In this document: positions 58,990 through 64,000 of the stretch, piece by piece
Position numbering within the stretch: position 1 is the first letter of the stretch
Layout of the letters: every line of letters begins with the position of its first letter
From: Candidatus Babeliales bacterium
GTDB taxonomy: Bacteria > Babelota > Babeliae > Babelales > JANWKD01
Direction of reading: 5' to 3'
Length of the DNA stretch: 64,000 bases
Assembly (NCBI GenBank): GCA_963762115.1
Contig: CAVXJH010000006.1
Location: 128,001-192,000, forward strand
The notes under the pieces: generated by a model
Told to the model about the DNA's origin: nothing
The model's input: the letters and a program-made list of their open reading frames with translations, nothing else
Database searches by the model: none
Position numbers and translations under genes: made by a program

Positions 58990-59285
58990 AGAAAATGTGG
59001 ATAACTATGTGGATAACTATGTGGATAACTTTAATGCATAAAATGATATAAGCGATTGAAAGATGCAATTCAGATGCAACCTTCGCAAACAAGGCAATAG
59101 AAGGCAAGATTGAACCTTCACAAAAAGTTATCCACAGGTTATCCACATAGTTATCCACATTAAAAAATGACAAAAAACCCTTTATTTATCGGTGTTTTTT
59201 TCCGAAATGGGCATAGTTATCCACAAAAATCGAAAAGCCTATTATTATAATTATATAATAAATTATATATATAACTAATAATACG
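58990..59285. other. Probable chromosomal replication origin (oriC)
   Basis: Perfect DnaA boxes at 58996, 59008, 59020 (TGTGGATAA) and 59128, 59139, 59151, 59217 (TTATCCACA), then GCC-TATTATTAT and an AT-only tract. Confidence 0.85.
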
Positions 59286-59396
59286 CTTCCAAAAAATGTG
59301 GAAGGGGATTTTGTTTCAAGACATCCTTCTTTTTTTTTAAATTTTGCTAGACTTCTAACTACACACCTAAATTCTTTATTTTAGACAAAGGAAATC

Positions 59397-60473
59397 GTGA
59401 AACTTTTTCAGGTTATAGAAGAGCTCGTTGAAGAAAAAGGCCTAGAGCGGTCTGTTTTGAGCTCAATTATTTGCGAGGGCATGCTTGCTGCATATGCAAA
59501 AAGGTATCCAGATTTGCATTTCCAGGTAGATCATGACAAAAAAACTGATGAAATATCTATCAACGTTCAAAAGAAGGTTGTGGCATCAGTTGTCGACGAA
59601 GATACTGAGATTAGTTATCGAAAAGCCAAAAATATCAACCCTGCACTTACTATTGGTGATACTATTTGGGTTCCTTTCGAGGGAAAAATTGGAAGAATTG
59701 AGATCTTGCGTGCAAAACAGGTTATTGCAAATCAAATTCGCTATATTGAAGCTGAAGCTATTTACAACGAATTCAAAGATAAAAAAGACACAATAGTTCA
59801 CGGCGTTGTTCATAAATGTGAACGCAATGGTGCTATTATTAAAATTGATGATGCTTTAGCGTTTTTGCCGAAATCGCTTACTATTCCTGGGGAAAAATGT
59901 AACGTCGGCTTTTCAATTCGCGTTCTCTTAAAGGATGTTTTAACTGAACCAAGAAATGATAATCAGCTTATTTTAGATCGTGTTTCTCCTTTGTTTATTG
60001 AAAAATTATTTGAACTTGAAATTCCAGAAGTATTTGAAAAGCTCGTTGAAATTAAAAAGGTTGTTAGAATTCCTGGTTATAAATCAAAAGTTGCCGTTGT
60101 CTCGCATGACGCAAATATAGATCCTGTTGGCACCTGTGTTGGTGTTGGTGGTGTTCGCATTAAGCCAATTCTAAAAGAGTTAGGCACGGAAAAAATTGAT
60201 ATTATTTCTTGGAGTGATTCTTTAGAAAATTTTATAAAGGACGCTTTAAAGCCTGCAATTATAAATAGAATTGAGCTTATTGATAATAAAAATGCAAATG
60301 TTTTTCTTGAAGAAGATCAACGTTCGTTGGCCATAGGCAAGATGGGGCAAAATATTTCTTTAGCCTCTCAATTAACGGGAATTAATATTCATTTAGTTCA
60401 AAGCAACTCTCAAAGACTTGATCGTCATGAAGAGGAGCAGCAAGATTATTCAGGTGTGGATGATCTTAATTAG
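59397..60473 (+). CDS. nusA: Transcription termination/antitermination factor NusA
   Basis: GRI....AKQV, LFELEIPEV, RIPGYKSKVAV, DPVGTCVG, LAIGKMGQN. Confidence 0.97.
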   Translation: MKLFQVIEELVEEKGLERSVLSSIICEGMLAAYAKRYPDLHFQVDHDKKTDEISINVQKKVVASVVDEDTEISYRKAKNINPALTIGDTIWVPFEGKIGRIEILRAKQVIANQIRYIEAEAIYNEFKDKKDTIVHGVVHKCERNGAIIKIDDALAFLPKSLTIPGEKCNVGFSIRVLLKDVLTEPRNDNQLILDRVSPLFIEKLFELEIPEVFEKLVEIKKVVRIPGYKSKVAVVSHDANIDPVGTCVGVGGVRIKPILKELGTEKIDIISWSDSLENFIKDALKPAIINRIELIDNKNANVFLEEDQRSLAIGKMGQNISLASQLTGINIHLVQSNSQRLDRHEEEQQDYSGVDDLN

Positions 60474-60531
60474 CCATTAGTTTGGTAAAAATATAATGTA
60501 TTTATAATTTCATAGGGTAAAATTAAAGCTT

Positions 60532-62502
60532 ATGCGCGTATATGAACTCTCAAAAAAACTTGGTTTATCAAATAAAGAGTTAATCGATAAGTTGCAACAG
60601 GCAGGGTTTGATGAACTTACCCATATGTCTGCGCTTTCACAAGAAGCAATCGATATTGCTAGTCAGTCTATAAAAACAGAATCAGCTCCTATCGAAAGCG
60701 TTGAAACAAAAGTGGAAATAACCCCAAAAAAAGTTCAAGAAGAAGTTGATGCTAAAATAGCTGAACCTCAAAAAGTTATACAGCCATCAAATCAAAAAAA
60801 ATTAGACGAAGATACCATTGTGCTTGAACCAATGACCGTTGCACAACTATCTCAAAAAATACATAGACCTGTTAACGATATCATTTTAACACTTTTAAAA
60901 CAGGGTGTAGTTTCTCCAAAAAATCAATTATTGTCGACAAAAGTTATAGAACAGCTTGCAAAGCATTATCAATTTAAAACAATTGCACCATCCTCAGAAC
61001 AATTAGATACCACAAGGCCGCTTATAAGAGTTTCATCGCAAGCTCACAGTCGATCCCCTGTTGTTGTTGTTATTGGGCACGTAGATCATGGTAAAACAAC
61101 TTTGCTTGATTTTATTCGTAAAACAAAAGTTGCAGCAAAAGAGCAAGGCGGTATTACGCAACATCTTGGTGCTTATCAGGTTGAAACGCCACAAGGCAAA
61201 ATAGTTTTCCTCGATACTCCAGGACACGCAGCATTTACAAAAATGAGAGCGCGTGGCGTTAAGGTCGCTGATATAGCCGTTTTAGTAGTTGCTGCTGATG
61301 ATGGCGTTATGCCGCAAACTATTGAAGCGATAAAACATGCCAAAGCTGTGCAAGTTCCTATCATTGTTGCTATTAATAAAATTGATAAAGCAACGCCAAT
61401 GCAAATTGAAACGGTAAAGCGTCAATTAGCTCAACATGATGTAGTCCCAGAAGAATGGGGTGGTCAAGTTATTTTTGCACCTATTTCAGCTAAAACTGGG
61501 GCAGGAGTTGATCAATTATTAGAATTGATTGTGTTACAATCTCAGCTTATGGAATTATCAACAGATGAAAGTGCGCCGGCGCAAGGATTTGTTTTAGAAG
61601 CTCGTATGGAAAAAGGCCGTGGAGCTGTTGCGACAGTCCTTTGTCATGAAGGTACGGTTAAGATAGGTGATTACTTTATAGCGGGTCAGTCTCATGGGAA
61701 GATAAGTTCTCTTATGGATTCTCATGGTCGCATGCTAAAAAAAGTTGGACCTTCAATACCTGTTCAAATTGCAGGTTTTTCAATATTACCTGAAGCTGGT
61801 GATAGTTTTGAAGTTGTCTCACAAGATCGTTATAAAAATATTCGCTTTGAAAAATCTCTCGCAATGGAATCTGATATTGGTAAATTTTCTCAAGGTGAAT
61901 CAATTAATCTCTTGATTAAAGTAGACAGTAAATCCAGTAGGGAAGCCTTATTGGGAGCTATTGATCAATTGCCTGTAAATGATGAAAAACGTATACATGT
62001 TGTATATGCTGCGGTGGGCGATATTAGCGAAAGCGATGTTACTTTAGCGACGGCAACTGATGCAATTATTTATGGTTTTCATGTGAAGCCAGAATCAAAT
62101 GCTACGGTTTTAGCGCAGAAAAATAATGTTGCGATAAAGTTATTTCAGATTATTTATAGGCTTTTAGATGATATTGCCTTATTAGTTAAAAAAGATGTAA
62201 AAATAAAAATGATACGCACCAAGATAGGTGAAGCTATTGTTCGTCGTGTATTCGAAACAAAAAATGAAGGAACTATTGCAGGTTCTTATGTTAGAGAAGG
62301 TCGATTTGCGCGTAATGGTTTTGTTATTATCTGGCGTGGTAAAAGTAAAATTGGTGATGGCCCTATTAAGAGTTTGCAACGAGACAGAAAAGCAGTAAAA
62401 GAAGTGCATTCTGGCTTTGAATGTGCCTTTATTATTGATGGTTTCAATGCATGGGAAGTTGATGATAGAGTTGAGTGTTATCTCGATATGCCTGCTCAAT
62501 AA
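60532..62502 (+). CDS. infB: Translation initiation factor IF-2
   Basis: [46 protein letters not shown]. Confidence 0.98.
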   Translation: MRVYELSKKLGLSNKELIDKLQQAGFDELTHMSALSQEAIDIASQSIKTESAPIESVETKVEITPKKVQEEVDAKIAEPQKVIQPSNQKKLDEDTIVLEPMTVAQLSQKIHRPVNDIILTLLKQGVVSPKNQLLSTKVIEQLAKHYQFKTIAPSSEQLDTTRPLIRVSSQAHSRSPVVVVIGHVDHGKTTLLDFIRKTKVAAKEQGGITQHLGAYQVETPQGKIVFLDTPGHAAFTKMRARGVKVADIAVLVVAADDGVMPQTIEAIKHAKAVQVPIIVAINKIDKATPMQIETVKRQLAQHDVVPEEWGGQVIFAPISAKTGAGVDQLLELIVLQSQLMELSTDESAPAQGFVLEARMEKGRGAVATVLCHEGTVKIGDYFIAGQSHGKISSLMDSHGRMLKKVGPSIPVQIAGFSILPEAGDSFEVVSQDRYKNIRFEKSLAMESDIGKFSQGESINLLIKVDSKSSREALLGAIDQLPVNDEKRIHVVYAAVGDISESDVTLATATDAIIYGFHVKPESNATVLAQKNNVAIKLFQIIYRLLDDIALLVKKDVKIKMIRTKIGEAIVRRVFETKNEGTIAGSYVREGRFARNGFVIIWRGKSKIGDGPIKSLQRDRKAVKEVHSGFECAFIIDGFNAWEVDDRVECYLDMPAQ

Positions 62503-62581
62503 TTTTTATAATACTTTTTTTACTATTTCTTTGTAAAACGACATATTTTGTTCCAATATTGCCTAAAAAAAGGAGTGCATC

Positions 62582-63595
62582 GTGGCGACAATAATAATGA
62601 TCAAACTGTTTTTTGCAATTTTTATTTCTCTTCTTATTACTTTATATGCTGTCCCTATTATGTCTAGTTTAGCAAAGCGGTTGGGAGTCCTCGATATTCC
62701 CGATGGCAAAATAAAGAAACACGAAAAACCAACACCCTATTTAGGTGGTATTGCCGTCTATTTAGGGTTTATTACTTCTTTGGCTCTTGTCTTTCCCTTT
62801 GAGAATCAAATCCTTCTTTTTGTTCTTGGTTCAACATTATTACTTTTTGTTGGATTAATTGATGATTTATTAGTATCCAAACCATATCAAAAATTTTTTG
62901 GTCAATGTTTAGCAACGCTTTGTTTTTTGAAGGCAGGTTTTTTTTTAAAAGAAACATTTTTCCTTAAAAGTTATTGGAATATTCCCATTTCACTTCTTTG
63001 GATGCTTTCTATAATAAATGCTTTTAATTTAGTTGATGTTATGGATGGATTGGCAACAAGTTTAGCGATTTATGCAACATGTTCATTTATGATTATTGCT
63101 ATAGCATTTAATCAGGGAAATATAGCTCTTTTGTTAGGATCATTATTGGGGGCATTATTAGGCTTTTTTTGGTATAATAGACCTCATGCCCAAATTTATT
63201 TAGGAGATGCAGGATCTCTTTTTATTGGTGGATTTTTAGCTACAATACCTTTCCTCTTTAATTGGGGTTTGTATAACTGGCATGGATTTCTTACTCCGGT
63301 AATTATTCTCGCCATTCCCTTGCTTGAAGTATGTACTCTTATCATAGTTCGCTCTCGAAAAGGAATTCCTTTTTATCAAGGGAGTCCGGATCATTTTTCT
63401 TTGTATCTAAAATATAATGGTTGGAATGTCTATGAGATTTTACTATATGTTTTTAGCTTATCTATCGTTCTCTTTTTAGCAGCCTTTGCATTTGTCTTTA
63501 ATAAAGTAACTTTATTAGAGCTTATTGGTCTTGGGCTATTTTTTTTGATTATTTGGTATAGCAGTTTAGCCTATAAAAGGAAAAAAGCCTTTTAG
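62582..63595 (+). CDS. WecA/TagO-like undecaprenyl-phosphate GlcNAc-1-P transferase (MraY family)
   Basis: KKHEKPTPYLGG, GLIDD, NAFNLVDVMDGL, YLGDAGS, DH. Confidence 0.9.
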   Translation: MATIIMIKLFFAIFISLLITLYAVPIMSSLAKRLGVLDIPDGKIKKHEKPTPYLGGIAVYLGFITSLALVFPFENQILLFVLGSTLLLFVGLIDDLLVSKPYQKFFGQCLATLCFLKAGFFLKETFFLKSYWNIPISLLWMLSIINAFNLVDVMDGLATSLAIYATCSFMIIAIAFNQGNIALLLGSLLGALLGFFWYNRPHAQIYLGDAGSLFIGGFLATIPFLFNWGLYNWHGFLTPVIILAIPLLEVCTLIIVRSRKGIPFYQGSPDHFSLYLKYNGWNVYEILLYVFSLSIVLFLAAFAFVFNKVTLLELIGLGLFFLIIWYSSLAYKRKKAF

Positions 63596-63852
63596 TACCA
63601 CCTCTTTTAAGCCTTATGCCCATTTTTTGTTGCTTTTTTGGTGTATAAAATGAAAACACAACATAAAAAAGAATTTTTGGCTTTTATAGAGCATTTTTTT
63701 GTTGTTGCATTTATTGTGCATATCAAGTTTGTTGTTTTTTGTTTTTTTTTAGTCAGATTATATAAAGCTTCATGTTTAGTTGGTTAATTAAACTCCATCC
63801 TACCATCTGTGATAGTTTGGTTTGGGTAGTATGAGTTGAAGCACTGCTTATT

Positions 63853-63931
63853 AAAGAGTAATAGCTCAAATTTTATTTACTACAATTCCTTCTTAGCCTT
63901 TCAAATTTCTTGAGCTATTACTCTTTTTTTT
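63853..63931 (+). terminator. 17-bp perfect inverted repeat followed by a T tract
   Basis: AAAGAGTAATAGCTCAA ... TTGAGCTATTACTCTTT(TTTT). Confidence 0.5.
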
Positions 63932-64000
63932 AATTCTCTTCAATGCCGAATTGTTTTCTTGTTATTGGATCAAAAGCTTTTTTAGAATCTGTAAGTTTTT

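Noticed and set aside
58996..59030. 12-bp tandem repeats as a CRISPR array or VNTR
   Set aside because: The units are exact DnaA boxes with no unique spacers, and there are no cas genes.
58880..59173. 97-aa minus-strand ORF (VDN/VIHI repeats)
   Set aside because: Translation artefact of the DnaA-box repeats.
173..62957. Many 60-105 aa ORFs overlapping or antisense to long genes
   Set aside because: Shadow ORFs inside well-supported genes, without RBS or recognisable motifs.

Overview
This is an AT-rich chromosomal segment. It has many Sec-signal-peptide orphan proteins, beta-helix proteins, a Chlamydia-like class Ic RNR, an ArgR-arginine ABC module and an mPPase. That content fits a host-associated, reduced bacterium, most like Dependentiae/Babeliae (TM6); this assignment is inference only. 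Housekeeping genes: two ddl paralogs, hisS, galE, smpB, mutY-like, sod, ppa, nrdAB, hppA, ruvA, tRNA-Gly, jag-mnmE, pal-like, rne/rng, ssrA, gatB, argR-ABC, glnA-like, comEC-like, udg, nusA-infB, wecA-like. Highlights: (1) A complete IS110 element (41272-42484) whose upstream non-coding region folds into a two-loop bridge RNA. Its four guide segments match the element's own circle junction and its insertion target, a palindromic repeat that has an empty copy about 2 kb away. (2) A 456-nt tmRNA whose reading frame encodes an apparently 40-residue tag ending in -GYC. (3) A probable oriC (7 perfect DnaA boxes plus trio-like AT-rich DUE) directly upstream of nusA, with no dnaA in the window. (4) Several nested palindromic repeat families. 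(5) A cPLA2-like secreted phospholipase and orphan secreted proteins sharing a leucine motif after the signal peptide.
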